From: Acholeplasmatales bacterium
Lineage (GTDB): Bacteria; Bacillota_I; Bacilli_A; ML615J-28; CAG-313
Assembly (NCBI GenBank): GCA_003539625.1
Contig: DPOU01000009.1
Span: 45,143 to 109,142 of the forward strand
Length of the DNA: 64,000 nt
Reading direction: 5' to 3'
The translations under genes were made by a program, and so were the position numbers. Each line of letters opens with the position of its first letter. The stretch's first letter is position 1. Below the pieces are notes generated by a model, which was not told where the DNA came from, did no database searches, and saw nothing but the letters and a program-made list of their open reading frames with translations. Positions 31,251 through 41,825 of the stretch are shown here, one piece after another.

Positions 31251-33587
31251 ATGGTTAAAAAAATTATAAAAAGAGATGGACGAAGAAAAGTTTTTGATCC
31301 TCAAAAAATTGAAAATGCCATTTATAAAGCACAACTTGCTTGTGGTCAAGATGATTTAAGTGTCGTTAAGACCGCAACCGAAAAAGTTATTGAACAAGTT
31401 AACGCAAAGTATGAAACAAGTGTTTCAGTTGAAAACGTTCAAAATATTATTGAAAATGTTTTAATTGAAATGGGTGAAACAGAAGTTGCCAAAACATATA
31501 TTCGCTATCGTGCAGAAAGAACAAGAGTTCGTGAAAGAAAAACTAACTTAATGCAATCTTTACATGATATTACATTTAAAGATTCAAAAGATGAAGATGC
31601 GAAACGTGAAAATGCTAATATAAATGCTGACACACCTATGGGTATGATGTTAAAATATGGTAGTGAATCTGCTAAACATTTTTATCTTAGTGAACTTATT
31701 AAACCTGAATATGCTAATGCTCATATTAGAGGGGATATTCATATTCACGATTTAGATTTCTATGCCCTAACTATGACATGTTGCCAAATTGATTTAATCA
31801 AATTATTTAAAGGTGGTTTTTCAACAGGCAATGGTTTCTTAAGAGAACCTAATGGTATTAGAAGTTATGCATCACTTGCTTGTATTGCTATTCAAGCCGA
31901 TCAAAATGACCAACATGGTGGCCAAAGTGTACCTAACTTTGATTATGCTATGGCTCTTGGGGTAAGAAAAACTTATAAAAAAGAACTTCGTAAAGCTCTT
32001 GAAAAAATGTTAGAATTTGAAGGCTATCAAATTAATGATGATGAGTTTAAACTAATGTTTTCAAATATTGAAGTAAACGAAGGCCGCGAAATTCGTATGG
32101 GTGACGAAAAAATTATTGAAGCTATCTATAACGAATTAAACAAAAAATATGCACCTATCAATGGCAAGATGTTTGATGCCGCATTAAAAATGGCAATGGA
32201 TGAAACTAAAGATGCAACATATCAAGCAATGGAAGCTTTAATCCATAATCTTAATACAATGCACTCTCGTGCTGGTGCCCAAGTTCCATTTAGTTCACTA
32301 AACTATGGTACTGATACATCAGAAGAAGGACGTATTGTAATGCATGCTATCTTAGATGCTACAATTGCGGGATTAGGAAATGGTGAAACTCCAATTTTCC
32401 CCATTCAAATCTTCAAAGTAAAAGAAGGCATAAACTATAATCCTGAAGATCCAAACTACGATTTATTTAAGAAATCAATGTATTGCTCAGGAAAACGTTT
32501 ATTTCCTAACTTCTCATTCATCGATGCACCTTACAATTTACAATATTATAAACCAGGTGATTATCGTACAGAAGCAGCTTATATGGGATGTCGTACACGT
32601 GTTGTTGCCAATGTTTATGACCCAACTAATGAAATAGTTACAGGTCGTGGTAATTTAAGTTTTACATCAATAAATTTGCCTCGTATTGCTTTACAGCTTA
32701 TGAGTGTTAAAGACCTTGACGAAAAACTAACTAAGTTCTATGAAAGATTAGACTATTTAGTTGATTTATGCGTTGGTCAATTATTAGAACGTTTTGCTAT
32801 TCAACAAGACAAGTATGTTTATAATTTCCCATTCTTAATGGGCCAAGGAATTTGGCTTGGAAGTGATAAGTTAAAGTTCAATGATAAAATTTCGGAAGTT
32901 ATTAAACATGGAACACTTACTGTAGGTTTCATTGGACTTGCGGAAACATTAAAGGCTTTAATTGGTGTACATCATGGTGAAAGCGATGAAGCTCAAAAAT
33001 TAGGTCTTGAAATCATTGGCTTTATGAGACAAAAACTTGATCGTTATTCTAAGAAATATCGTTTAAATTTCTCGCTAATTGCAACCCCTGCTGAAGGCTT
33101 ATCGGGAAGATTTGTAAAATTAGATAAGAAATTATTCGGCGAAATAGAAGGAATAACTAATCATAAATTCTATACTAACTCATTTCATATTCCTGTATAC
33201 TACAATATTTCTGTATTTGATAAAATCAAGAAAGAAGCACCTTACCATGCTTTAACTAATGGTGGTCATATTTCTTATATTGAAGTAGATGGTGACATTG
33301 CTAAAAACCTAGATGCTTTTGAATCGATTATTCGTTGTATGAAAGAAGAAGGAATTGGTTACGGGGCTATTAACCACCCTGTTGACCGCGATAGTATTTG
33401 TGGATTTAATGGTATAATTGACAATGTTTGTCCTAAATGCGGTCGTAGTGAAGATGCAGTACCGTTTGAAAGAATTAGAAGAATTACTGGTTATTTAGTT
33501 GGTACACTTGATCGTTTTAACGATGCTAAACGTGATGAAGTTGAAAGTCGTGTAAAACATATGAAGGCTGATATTAATGAACATTAG
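31251..33587 (+). CDS. nrdD: Anaerobic ribonucleoside-triphosphate reductase
   Basis: N-terminal ATP-cone (KRDGRRKVFDPQKIENAI), zinc site CPKCG and the glycyl-radical motif RRITGYLVG at the C-terminus. Confidence 0.9.
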   Translation: MVKKIIKRDGRRKVFDPQKIENAIYKAQLACGQDDLSVVKTATEKVIEQVNAKYETSVSVENVQNIIENVLIEMGETEVAKTYIRYRAERTRVRERKTNLMQSLHDITFKDSKDEDAKRENANINADTPMGMMLKYGSESAKHFYLSELIKPEYANAHIRGDIHIHDLDFYALTMTCCQIDLIKLFKGGFSTGNGFLREPNGIRSYASLACIAIQADQNDQHGGQSVPNFDYAMALGVRKTYKKELRKALEKMLEFEGYQINDDEFKLMFSNIEVNEGREIRMGDEKIIEAIYNELNKKYAPINGKMFDAALKMAMDETKDATYQAMEALIHNLNTMHSRAGAQVPFSSLNYGTDTSEEGRIVMHAILDATIAGLGNGETPIFPIQIFKVKEGINYNPEDPNYDLFKKSMYCSGKRLFPNFSFIDAPYNLQYYKPGDYRTEAAYMGCRTRVVANVYDPTNEIVTGRGNLSFTSINLPRIALQLMSVKDLDEKLTKFYERLDYLVDLCVGQLLERFAIQQDKYVYNFPFLMGQGIWLGSDKLKFNDKISEVIKHGTLTVGFIGLAETLKALIGVHHGESDEAQKLGLEIIGFMRQKLDRYSKKYRLNFSLIATPAEGLSGRFVKLDKKLFGEIEGITNHKFYTNSFHIPVYYNISVFDKIKKEAPYHALTNGGHISYIEVDGDIAKNLDAFESIIRCMKEEGIGYGAINHPVDRDSICGFNGIIDNVCPKCGRSEDAVPFERIRRITGYLVGTLDRFNDAKRDEVESRVKHMKADINEH

Positions 33588-34080
33588 AATCGCAGGAGAA
33601 ATATCTGAGTCAATTGTTGATGGTCCAGGTATAAGATATGTGGTATTTACTCAAGGCTGTCCACATCACTGTGTAGGTTGTCATAATCCTGAAACTCATG
33701 ATTTTGATAAGGGAACAAGCATTGATGTTGATGAAATTTGCTCTCGTTTTGCTAAACACCCTTACATGAGTGGTCTAACTATTAGTGGTGGTGAGCCGTT
33801 CGCGCAAAAATCGGCGATTTTGAGCCTTATAAAGGGATTTAAAAATATATTTCCTAAAAAAAACATATTAATTTATACTGGATACACTTTTGAACAATTA
33901 AAAGCATTTGCGGATCCTGAAATAAATGAAATACTATCACTTGCTGATTATTTGGTTGATGGACCATTTATTATTAGTAAAAGAGATATTTCTTTAATAT
34001 TTAGAGGTAGTTCAAACCAAAGAATTATTGATTTAAAGCAAACCCAAGCATGTAATCAAGTTATAACAAAAGAATTTTAG
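33577..34080 (+). CDS. nrdG: Anaerobic RNR activating protein (radical SAM)
   Basis: CPHHCVGCHNP cluster motif. Overlaps the nrdD stop. Confidence 0.85.
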   Translation: MNIRIAGEISESIVDGPGIRYVVFTQGCPHHCVGCHNPETHDFDKGTSIDVDEICSRFAKHPYMSGLTISGGEPFAQKSAILSLIKGFKNIFPKKNILIYTGYTFEQLKAFADPEINEILSLADYLVDGPFIISKRDISLIFRGSSNQRIIDLKQTQACNQVITKEF

Positions 34081-34104
34081 TCCTACATTTGTAGGACTTT
34101 TTTT
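34079..34104 (+). terminator. Terminator after nrdG
   Basis: Stem agtcctaca/tgtaggact followed by T7. Confidence 0.65.
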
Positions 34105-34150
34105 ATGGCACTTACTTATTTATTTCATAAATTAATAATGGAGGTGTCGT

Positions 34151-34486
34151 ATGAAATTAATAGTAGGAAATATGAGTAATGCAATTAAAGATTTTATTAA
34201 ACGCAACAACTTTACTGAGCATGTTTTAGTAATAAATAAAATGTGTAACGTAAAAACTATTAAAGAACCCGTAGATGTTATTATTCCTTTTGGATATTTA
34301 ACCGATGTAGGATTAATTAGTAACACGTTAGTTCATTTAGAAGAACTAATTATGAGCGTTGATGTAAAATCTATTAAATATGGTAATATGGTAAACAGAG
34401 AAAAAATTGATTTAATTGGCAAAAAATATGGTATACCGGTAGAACACATTGATAATTTAAATAAACGAACGCGTTTATTATTATAA
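34151..34486 (+). CDS. Hypothetical protein
   Basis: 111-aa ORF with a good SD (ggaggtg). I recognise no family. Confidence 0.45.
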   Translation: MKLIVGNMSNAIKDFIKRNNFTEHVLVINKMCNVKTIKEPVDVIIPFGYLTDVGLISNTLVHLEELIMSVDVKSIKYGNMVNREKIDLIGKKYGIPVEHIDNLNKRTRLLL

Positions 34487-34497
34487 AAACTATCTAC

Positions 34498-34526
34498 TTG
34501 CCAAATGAAAATAATTAATGTATAAT
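34498..34526 (+). promoter_or_regulatory. Sigma-A type promoter for lepA
   Basis: TTGCCA, 17 nt spacer, TATAAT. Confidence 0.55.
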
Positions 34527-34532
34527 AAATAA

Positions 34533-34625
34533 GAAAAAAATGTAGAAAATGCCGTTTTACAGCGTTTGAAAATTTATTTATGGGTAAATATCTACCTCAA
34601 ACGCTAAAAAACGATTAAGGAGCTA
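34533..34625 (+). repeat. Copy B of the intergenic repeat (5' leader form)
   Basis: Perfect 9-bp hairpin arms agcgtttga/tcaaacgct around ...ggtaaatat.... The 3' end, ttaaggag, is the lepA SD. Confidence 0.6.
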
Positions 34626-34628
34626 ATA

Positions 34629-36467
34629 ATGTTGCCTAACAAAGAAACACTATTAAAACGCCAAAATCACATCCGTAATTTCTCTATTATTGCTCATATC
34701 GATCATGGTAAAAGTACCCTAGCTGATCGTATTTTAGAAAAGACTAAAACTGTCGATATTAGAGAAATGAAAGATCAATTATTAGATTCAATGGATTTAG
34801 AAAGAGAACGTGGTATTACCATTAAACTAAATGCCGTTGAACTAAACTACCATGCAAAAGATGGCGAAGATTATATTTTTCACTTAATTGATACACCGGG
34901 GCATGTCGATTTTACTTATGAAGTTTCAAGAAGTCTTGCGGCATGTGAAGGTGCAGTCTTAGTCGTTGATGCTGCACAAGGAATTGAAGCTCAAACTTTG
35001 GCTAATGTTTATCTAGCAGTTGATAATGATTTAGAAATTATTACTTTAATAAATAAAATTGATCTACCTGCAGCTGACCCTGAACGTGTAAAAAAGGAAG
35101 TTGAAGATGTTATCGGTTTAGATGCTAGTGATGCAATTTTAGCAAGTGCTAAAGAAGGAATTGGTATTGATGAACTATTAGAACGTATTGTTGAAGTAAT
35201 ACCTGCTCCAACTGGTGATCCAACTGCTCCCGTAGAAGCATTAATCTTTGATTCTTTTTACGATGCATATCGAGGGGTAATCCCATCGGTAAGAATTAAA
35301 AATGGTACGATTAAAAAAGGCAATCATATTAAAATGATGGCAACTAATGCCATCTATGAAGTAGTAGAACTTGGTGTTAATACACCAAAGGAAAAAAAGA
35401 AAGACTATTTAACTGTAGGCGACGTTGGTTGGATTGCCGCAAGCATTAAAGATGTTCAAACTGTTCATGTTGGTGATACCATAACCACATTAGAAAATGA
35501 AACTAAAACGCCCCTTCCTGGATACCGAAGAATGAATTCAATGGTGTTTTGTGGTATATACCCAATTGAACCAAATAAATATGAAGAATTAAAAGATGCT
35601 TTAGAAAAACTAAGACTAAATGATGCGGCTTTAGTTTTTGAACCTGAAACCTCACAAGCGCTAGGCTTTGGCTTTAGAACAGGCTTTTTAGGACTTCTTC
35701 ATATGGACGTTATTCAAGAAAGAATTGAAAGAGAATTTAAAATTGATTTGATTGCCACTGCCCCAAGTGTTGAATATCATGTATATTTAACTAATGGTGA
35801 AATGAAAGCAATTGACAATCCAAGTGAATTACCAGACTTTACAATGATAAAGCGCATAGAAGAACCTTATGTTGAAGCCACAATTATGGTACCAAATGAA
35901 TATGTAGGTCCAATAATGGAATTATGTCAAAATAAACGTGGTACTTTTGTTGGTATGAATTACATTGAAGAAACTAGGGTAGCTATTCGCTATGACTTAC
36001 CACTTTCAGAAATTGTTTATGACTTTTTTGATCGTTTAAAATCTTCAACTAAAGGCTACGCATCACTTGATTACTCACCTAGTGATTATCGTGAATCAAA
36101 ATTAGTTAAACTTGATATATTATTAAATGGTGATAAAGTTGATGCCTTAAGCATAATTGTTCACAAAGATTTTGCTTATCGAAGAGGTCGAGCACTAGTT
36201 CAAAAATTACGTGGTTTGATACCTCGTCAACAATTCGAAATACCAGTTCAAGCAGCGGTAAATGGAAAAATTGTTGCGAGAGAAAATGTTTCAGCTCTTC
36301 GTAAAGACGTTCTTGCAAAATGTTATGGTGGTGACGTTAGCCGTAAGAAAAAACTTCTAGAAAAACAAAAAGAAGGTAAGAAACGTATGAAACAAGTGGG
36401 AAGTGTTGAAATTCCTCAAGATGCATTCTTAGCAGTTCTTAAATTAGATGATGACAACTCGAATTAA
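34629..36467 (+). CDS. lepA: Translation elongation factor 4
   Basis: [28 protein letters not shown] and NKIDL G-motifs, with a LepA-specific C-terminus. Confidence 0.9.
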   Translation: MLPNKETLLKRQNHIRNFSIIAHIDHGKSTLADRILEKTKTVDIREMKDQLLDSMDLERERGITIKLNAVELNYHAKDGEDYIFHLIDTPGHVDFTYEVSRSLAACEGAVLVVDAAQGIEAQTLANVYLAVDNDLEIITLINKIDLPAADPERVKKEVEDVIGLDASDAILASAKEGIGIDELLERIVEVIPAPTGDPTAPVEALIFDSFYDAYRGVIPSVRIKNGTIKKGNHIKMMATNAIYEVVELGVNTPKEKKKDYLTVGDVGWIAASIKDVQTVHVGDTITTLENETKTPLPGYRRMNSMVFCGIYPIEPNKYEELKDALEKLRLNDAALVFEPETSQALGFGFRTGFLGLLHMDVIQERIEREFKIDLIATAPSVEYHVYLTNGEMKAIDNPSELPDFTMIKRIEEPYVEATIMVPNEYVGPIMELCQNKRGTFVGMNYIEETRVAIRYDLPLSEIVYDFFDRLKSSTKGYASLDYSPSDYRESKLVKLDILLNGDKVDALSIIVHKDFAYRRGRALVQKLRGLIPRQQFEIPVQAAVNGKIVARENVSALRKDVLAKCYGGDVSRKKKLLEKQKEGKKRMKQVGSVEIPQDAFLAVLKLDDDNSN

Positions 36468-36540
36468 TATTTGGGTTGTTTTTTTGCACAAATTTTACTT
36501 TTTTTGCTAATTGTGATATAATAAATGCTGGTGATAGAAA

Positions 36541-37659
36541 ATGCTAGGTCTTTACATTCATATACCTTTTTGCCATTCTATTTGTCCATACTGTGATTTT
36601 TGTAAATCAGTTTCTAATGAAAACCGGCAAAAAGAGTATGTAAAAGCGCTCTGTACGGAGTTGAAAATAAAAAATATTAATAATTATTCATTCAATACCG
36701 TTTATATCGGCGGTGGGACTCCATCTAGTATTTCGTTAAAACTTTTAGAAACTTTACTAGAAAGTCTTACTAAAACTATTGATGTAAATAAATTAATTGA
36801 ATTTACAATCGAAGTAAATCCACAAGATATTAATGAAGAACTAGTAAAAATTCTTAGTAAGTATCACATAACAAGAGTTTCAATTGGTGTACAAACTTTT
36901 GTTCCAAAATTACAAAAGCTAATTAATCGTTTCATAACTGAAGAGGAACTTAATAAAAAAATCAACCTTTTAAACAATTATCAGATTAATAATATTAATG
37001 TTGATTTAATGTATGCCATACCTTCTCAAACTTTAGAAGATGTTGATATAGATTTATCAATCGTAACAAAATTAAATATAACACACATTTCCTATTACTC
37101 ACTTATTTTAGAAGAGCACACAATCTTTTATCATCTAGTTAAACAAAACAAACTTAACCTAATTTCTGAAGATTTAGAAGCCAATATGTATCATCACATC
37201 TGTAATATCTTAAGAAAAAATAAATTTAATCGCTATGAAACAAGCAATTTTGCAAAGAAAGGTTATCGATCAATTCACAATCTCATATACTGGAATTGTG
37301 ATGAATATTTGTCATTAGGTGCTAGTGGTAGTTCATACTATAATCATTGTCGTTTTACGACTACCAATAACATTAACAAATATATACAAGGTATTAATAA
37401 CCATAAAGTTGAATTAGATGAGACAATAAATTTATCAATGCAGGAAGAAAAAAAAGAAGCAATAATTCTAGGACTTCGTAAAAAACAAGGTATTGATATA
37501 AATAGGTTTAAACAAAAATTTGGTATTTCCATCTTTGATGCTTATCCAAATATCAATTATTTAATAGAAGAAGGTAGTCTTAAATTAAATTATAATCATG
37601 TATATATTCCTGATAAATATGTTTATATAACAAATCACATTATTCTAAAAATTATTTAG
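36541..37659 (+). CDS. hemW: Radical SAM heme chaperone HemW (HemN-like)
   Basis: CHSICPYCDFC motif. Lies downstream of lepA as in many Bacillota. Confidence 0.8.
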   Translation: MLGLYIHIPFCHSICPYCDFCKSVSNENRQKEYVKALCTELKIKNINNYSFNTVYIGGGTPSSISLKLLETLLESLTKTIDVNKLIEFTIEVNPQDINEELVKILSKYHITRVSIGVQTFVPKLQKLINRFITEEELNKKINLLNNYQINNINVDLMYAIPSQTLEDVDIDLSIVTKLNITHISYYSLILEEHTIFYHLVKQNKLNLISEDLEANMYHHICNILRKNKFNRYETSNFAKKGYRSIHNLIYWNCDEYLSLGASGSSYYNHCRFTTTNNINKYIQGINNHKVELDETINLSMQEEKKEAIILGLRKKQGIDINRFKQKFGISIFDAYPNINYLIEEGSLKLNYNHVYIPDKYVYITNHIILKII

Positions 37660-37674
37660 AAAGATTTGATATAA

Positions 37675-38202
37675 GTGAGAAAACATAATAAAAGCATATT
37701 AATGATATCAATTATTCTGACAATTATTGTTGGTTTTATTATTGGTGTCATATCAACTAGTCAATTAAGAAGAGAAAACTATCAATTAAGTTACCAAGAT
37801 ATTCCTTATCTTCAGGTATTTTTAAATTCATTTTCGTTAAATTATTGGTACTTTTTCTTATTATGGTTAGTTGGCATAATTCCTTTGGGTTTTATAATTG
37901 CATATTTTATAATATATTTTAAGAGTTTTATGGAGGGAGTAACATTTGGCATTATTGTCAAGAGTTCTGGACTTTTTGGAGTTGCGACGTTCATAAAATT
38001 TGGTTTTCTCGAATTATTTTTAATATTTCCGTTACTCTATTATGTAGGTTATCAATCTTTAAAGTTAAGTTTCAGAGGAAAAGATATGCTAAATTCTAAG
38101 AGTGATTATTTTAAAGTTATTATTGTTGCGACAATATTTATCGTAATATACGCATTATTAATATGTATAAAATTTAACTTTGTGGAGGCAAAGTATGAAT
38201 GA
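37675..38202 (+). CDS. SpoIIM-family membrane protein
   Basis: 175 aa with about 5 TM segments. Lies just upstream of xerD-deoB, mirroring the Bacillus spoIIM/ripX/drm neighbourhood. Confidence 0.45.
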   Translation: MRKHNKSILMISIILTIIVGFIIGVISTSQLRRENYQLSYQDIPYLQVFLNSFSLNYWYFFLLWLVGIIPLGFIIAYFIIYFKSFMEGVTFGIIVKSSGLFGVATFIKFGFLELFLIFPLLYYVGYQSLKLSFRGKDMLNSKSDYFKVIIVATIFIVIYALLICIKFNFVEAKYE

Positions 38203-39091
38203 TTTGATCAGTGAATATCAACATTATCTCGTCTCAGAGAAGATGAAAAGTGAAAATACTGTACATTCGTATGTCAGCGATTTACAGAACTATATTTATT
38301 ATTTAAATGAAAAGCAAGGCATTGATGATATTAGAAATGTAGATACAAAAACTATTCAAAAGTATCTTGCATATTTAAAAAAACTTGGATATAGTCCAAC
38401 ATCAACTAGTAGGGCATTAAGTGCTATCAAGAGTTTTCATAAATTCCTCTATTTAGAACATCGTACTTTAGAAAATCCTGCGACAAATTTGTCATCTCCA
38501 AAACTTGATAAAAAGCTTCCTACTGTCCTTTCAGTAGAAGAAGTAATCAAACTTTTAGATTCATTAGATGATTCTACTCCAATCCATCATCGCAACAAAG
38601 CAATGATTGAAATGGTTTACGGTACAGGACTTCGAGTATCAGAATTAGTTGGTCTAAAACTTCAAGATTTACATTTAACTAATAAGATGATATCGGTAAA
38701 AGGTAAAGGAAATAAAGAAAGAATTGTACCGATAAATGATTACGCAAATAAAGTATTGCGTGAATATATCATTAATTCAAGGCCCAAACTTGCCAAGCCT
38801 TCAAAATATAACGGTTATGTCTTTTTAAATCATCTCGGCACCCCAATATCTAGACAAAGTTTTTTCTTAATTTTGAAAGAACAATGTAACAAAGCTGGCA
38901 TTACTAAAGAGGTTTCACCCCATACCTTACGCCATTCATTTGCCACCCATTTACTTGAAGCAGGTACTGATTTACGCCTAATTCAAGAAATGTTAGGCCA
39001 TGAAGATATCTCAACAACGCAGATTTATACTCATTTATCTAATCAAAAATTAAAAGAAATTTATAAAGGAGCACACCCACATGGAAAATAA
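38195..39091 (+). CDS. xerD: Tyrosine recombinase XerD
   Basis: N-terminal SAM-like domain. Catalytic R...HTLRHSFATHLLE...LGH...TQIYTH. Start set to the ATG after SD ggagg. Confidence 0.8.
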   Translation: MNDLISEYQHYLVSEKMKSENTVHSYVSDLQNYIYYLNEKQGIDDIRNVDTKTIQKYLAYLKKLGYSPTSTSRALSAIKSFHKFLYLEHRTLENPATNLSSPKLDKKLPTVLSVEEVIKLLDSLDDSTPIHHRNKAMIEMVYGTGLRVSELVGLKLQDLHLTNKMISVKGKGNKERIVPINDYANKVLREYIINSRPKLAKPSKYNGYVFLNHLGTPISRQSFFLILKEQCNKAGITKEVSPHTLRHSFATHLLEAGTDLRLIQEMLGHEDISTTQIYTHLSNQKLKEIYKGAHPHGK

Positions 39092-40274
39092 AAAATTTAA
39101 AAGAATATTTGTAATCGTTACTGATTCAATGGGAATTGGAGCAGCATACGATGCAAAAAAATATGACGATTTAGGTGCAAATACCTTTGGTCATATTGCA
39201 AACTTAAGTGAAAGTTTCAATGTACCAACCCTAACAAAACTAGGAATTGGCAATATTTGTCCTAATAACAAGACCCCCTTTATGGCAAAACCAATGGGAA
39301 TTGTCGCAAGAATGATTGAACAAAGTGTTGGTAAAGATACTTTAACAGGCCATTTTGAAATGATGGGATTAAAAGTTACTACCCCTTTTCCATCCTTTAC
39401 CGAAACTGGTTTCCCAAAAGAATTAATTGATGATTTAGAACAATTTAGTGGTCGAAAAGTTATCGGTAATAAGAGCGCTAGTGGTACAGAAATTATTAAA
39501 GAATTAGGAGAAGAACAACTAAAAACTGGTGCTTTAATCGTTTATACTTCAGCTGATTCAGTTCTCCAAATTGCCGCAAACGAAGCTGTTATTCCACTTG
39601 ATGAATTATACAAAATTTGTGCCTACGCAAGAAAAATTACTATTGAAAATAAAGCATGGCGAGTTGGAAGAATCATCGCAAGACCATTTGTTGGTACTTC
39701 AAAAGATAATTTTACTAGAACAACTAATCGCCATGACTACGCTTTAAAGCCTTTTGCTAAAACTACATTGAATTTTTTGCAAGAGAAGGGCTATGATGTT
39801 GTTGCAATTGGTAAAATTAATGATATTTTTGATGGCTACGGCGTAACTGAAGCTACCAGAACAGTGTCAAATCATGATGGTATGTTGAAAACAACCGCAT
39901 ATTTAGACAAAGATTTCACTGGGCTTTGCTTTACTAACCTAGTTGATTTTGATGCTTTATATGGCCATCGTAGAAATTTACCTGGATATCGTATGGCAAT
40001 CGAAGAATTTGATGTTGATTTAAAGAATTTTATTGAAAAAATGCATAATGATGATTTAGTAATAGTTGTTGCGGATCACGGAAATGACCCAATCCATCAC
40101 GGAACTGATCACACTAGAGAAATGGTACCATTTATTTGCTATCATAAACATATAAATGGTAGAGTTTTACCAGATTTTGATACATTTGCTAATGTTGGCG
40201 CAACAATTTGTGACAATTTTAACTGTGAAATGCCTAAATTAGGTACATCTGTACTAGGAGAAATAACAAAATGA
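39081..40274 (+). CDS. deoB: Phosphopentomutase
   Basis: VTDSMGIG, GKDTLTGHFEMMG and ADHGNDP motifs. Confidence 0.9.
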   Translation: MENKKFKRIFVIVTDSMGIGAAYDAKKYDDLGANTFGHIANLSESFNVPTLTKLGIGNICPNNKTPFMAKPMGIVARMIEQSVGKDTLTGHFEMMGLKVTTPFPSFTETGFPKELIDDLEQFSGRKVIGNKSASGTEIIKELGEEQLKTGALIVYTSADSVLQIAANEAVIPLDELYKICAYARKITIENKAWRVGRIIARPFVGTSKDNFTRTTNRHDYALKPFAKTTLNFLQEKGYDVVAIGKINDIFDGYGVTEATRTVSNHDGMLKTTAYLDKDFTGLCFTNLVDFDALYGHRRNLPGYRMAIEEFDVDLKNFIEKMHNDDLVIVVADHGNDPIHHGTDHTREMVPFICYHKHINGRVLPDFDTFANVGATICDNFNCEMPKLGTSVLGEITK

Positions 40275-41173
40275 GAGAAAGATTTGTAATTAAATTCGAT
40301 GATAAAGATGATATTGTAGGATATCGTTGGTATAATCCCGATGTAAAACCAATCGGAACTATTCAAATAGCCCATGGGTTGTCTGAACACGTATTAAGAT
40401 ATGATGAATTTGCCAATTTTTTGGTTGATAATGGCTTTCAAGTGCTTGGTGAAGACCATTATCACCATGGAGAGTCAGCAGAAGAACCTTCAAAAGTTGG
40501 GATAATCAGCGATTATGACTTTATTGATGCGGTGATAAAGAGTATAAAACTCGTTAGAGAGGAATTTGCAAGCGAATTTACGGGAATTCGTTGTCTTTTC
40601 TCCCACAGCATGGGTTCAATTTCCTCACAAGAATATATTCAACGTTACCCTAATGACTTTGATAAACTAATATTGTCTGGTACTGATGTTGGTGATGCAA
40701 GATATGGCCTTTTAAAAATATTAACTAGTATGACTTCTAAAAATGATCCCGCAAGATGTTCTAAATTAATTAATAAACTTACTTTTGGCGGCTTTCAAAA
40801 AAAATTTGAAGAAGATTCTGAATTTAACTGGCTATCAAAGAGTTCTGAAAACATAAAAAATTATGAAGCTGATCCATTATGTGGTGCACCTGTACCTGAT
40901 ATGGTTTATCATTCAATCGCATGTAGTTTAAGAAAATCTTTTAAAAAATCATCAATTGAAAAAGTAAATAAGAATTTAAAAATTTTCATTTTCTCTGGCG
41001 CTAAAGACCCAGTTAGTAATTTTGGTAAATCAGTCAATAAACTATATAAAAAATATCAAAAAGCTGGATTAAGCGTTTCTAAAAAATTGTATGAAGATTT
41101 ACGCCATGAATCACTAAATGAAAATGAACGCTATGAAATTTATAATGATGTTTTAAACTTTTTTAAGTCTTAA
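40271..41173 (+). CDS. Alpha/beta hydrolase (lysophospholipase/monoacylglycerol lipase-like)
   Basis: HGLSEH oxyanion region, nucleophile elbow SHSMGS, C-terminal D and H (LRHE). Confidence 0.75.
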   Translation: MRERFVIKFDDKDDIVGYRWYNPDVKPIGTIQIAHGLSEHVLRYDEFANFLVDNGFQVLGEDHYHHGESAEEPSKVGIISDYDFIDAVIKSIKLVREEFASEFTGIRCLFSHSMGSISSQEYIQRYPNDFDKLILSGTDVGDARYGLLKILTSMTSKNDPARCSKLINKLTFGGFQKKFEEDSEFNWLSKSSENIKNYEADPLCGAPVPDMVYHSIACSLRKSFKKSSIEKVNKNLKIFIFSGAKDPVSNFGKSVNKLYKKYQKAGLSVSKKLYEDLRHESLNENERYEIYNDVLNFFKS

Positions 41174-41236
41174 AAGCCTCCTGTGAGCGATTGAGATTTA
41201 AAAAGACGAATATTTATTAATCTAATCGTTTTTAGA
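41174..41236 (-). repeat. Copy D of the intergenic repeat (inverted orientation)
   Basis: The reverse complement reads aacgattagatt...aaatctcaatcgctcacaggaggct. It has the same 56-nt length and end motifs as copy C. Confidence 0.6.
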
Positions 41237-41238
41237 AA

Positions 41239-41272
41239 GCGTTAGGAATCGTTTAAATTCCTAGCGTTTTTT
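41239..41272 (+). terminator. Terminator after the hydrolase gene
   Basis: Stem gcgttaggaat/attcctagcg (one G-U pair), loop cgtttaa, then a T-run. Confidence 0.6.
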
Positions 41273-41450
41273 ATTTTTTATTTATTTTCTAATAAATTAA
41301 TTTACAGAATATCAAAATAAAAAAACAATATATTTATTAGATTAAAAGTTAATAAATGGGGATTAAAAAAAAGTTATTAACATCTAAAATAAGTTATGCA
41401 CATTATTATAAAAATATAAATTTATTGGCTTTTTACTTATGTTTTTTACA

Positions 41451-41478
41451 AGTTAACATAATATATATTATAGGAAGT
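41451..41478 (-). other. dif: dif chromosome dimer resolution site (XerCD target)
   Basis: The minus strand reads ACTTCCTATAATATATATTATGTTAACT. The B. subtilis dif, as I recall it, is ACTTCCTAGAATATATATTATGTAAACT, giving 26/28 matches. It lies in the gap where + and - strand gene blocks converge. Confidence 0.7.
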
Positions 41479-41825
41479 AAAATATAAATATAAAAAAATA
41501 AAGTAATTGATTAATAAATGTACTATTTCTAATTAATTAAGTGTTTATTTGCTGTTTTTTTACTTTTACGACAATTAAACTAACTCATTTTTAGCATTTA
41601 TGAGTGTATTTATTTTGTTGAAATGTTTTGAACCTCAAAAACATTGTTTTTTAACATCTTTTGTACTTATGTGAATAACTTTAGAGTATTAATGGTTAAA
41701 ACTTAAAAAAAGGCCCTTTTTAGGCCTTATTTTTGATTTTTAAACTTGTTTATTAACAGTTTTTCTTCTACTTTTATTAAAATTAATATGTTTTTAATAA
41801 AAAAAACACCTTTTTATAGCAATCG

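Noticed and set aside
41355-41489. 44-aa ORF (MGIKKKLLTSKISYAHYY...) spanning the dif site, and track ORF 41746..41931
   Set aside because: They have no SD and low-complexity AT-driven sequence, and they overlap the dif core or terminator hairpins. They are most likely non-coding.
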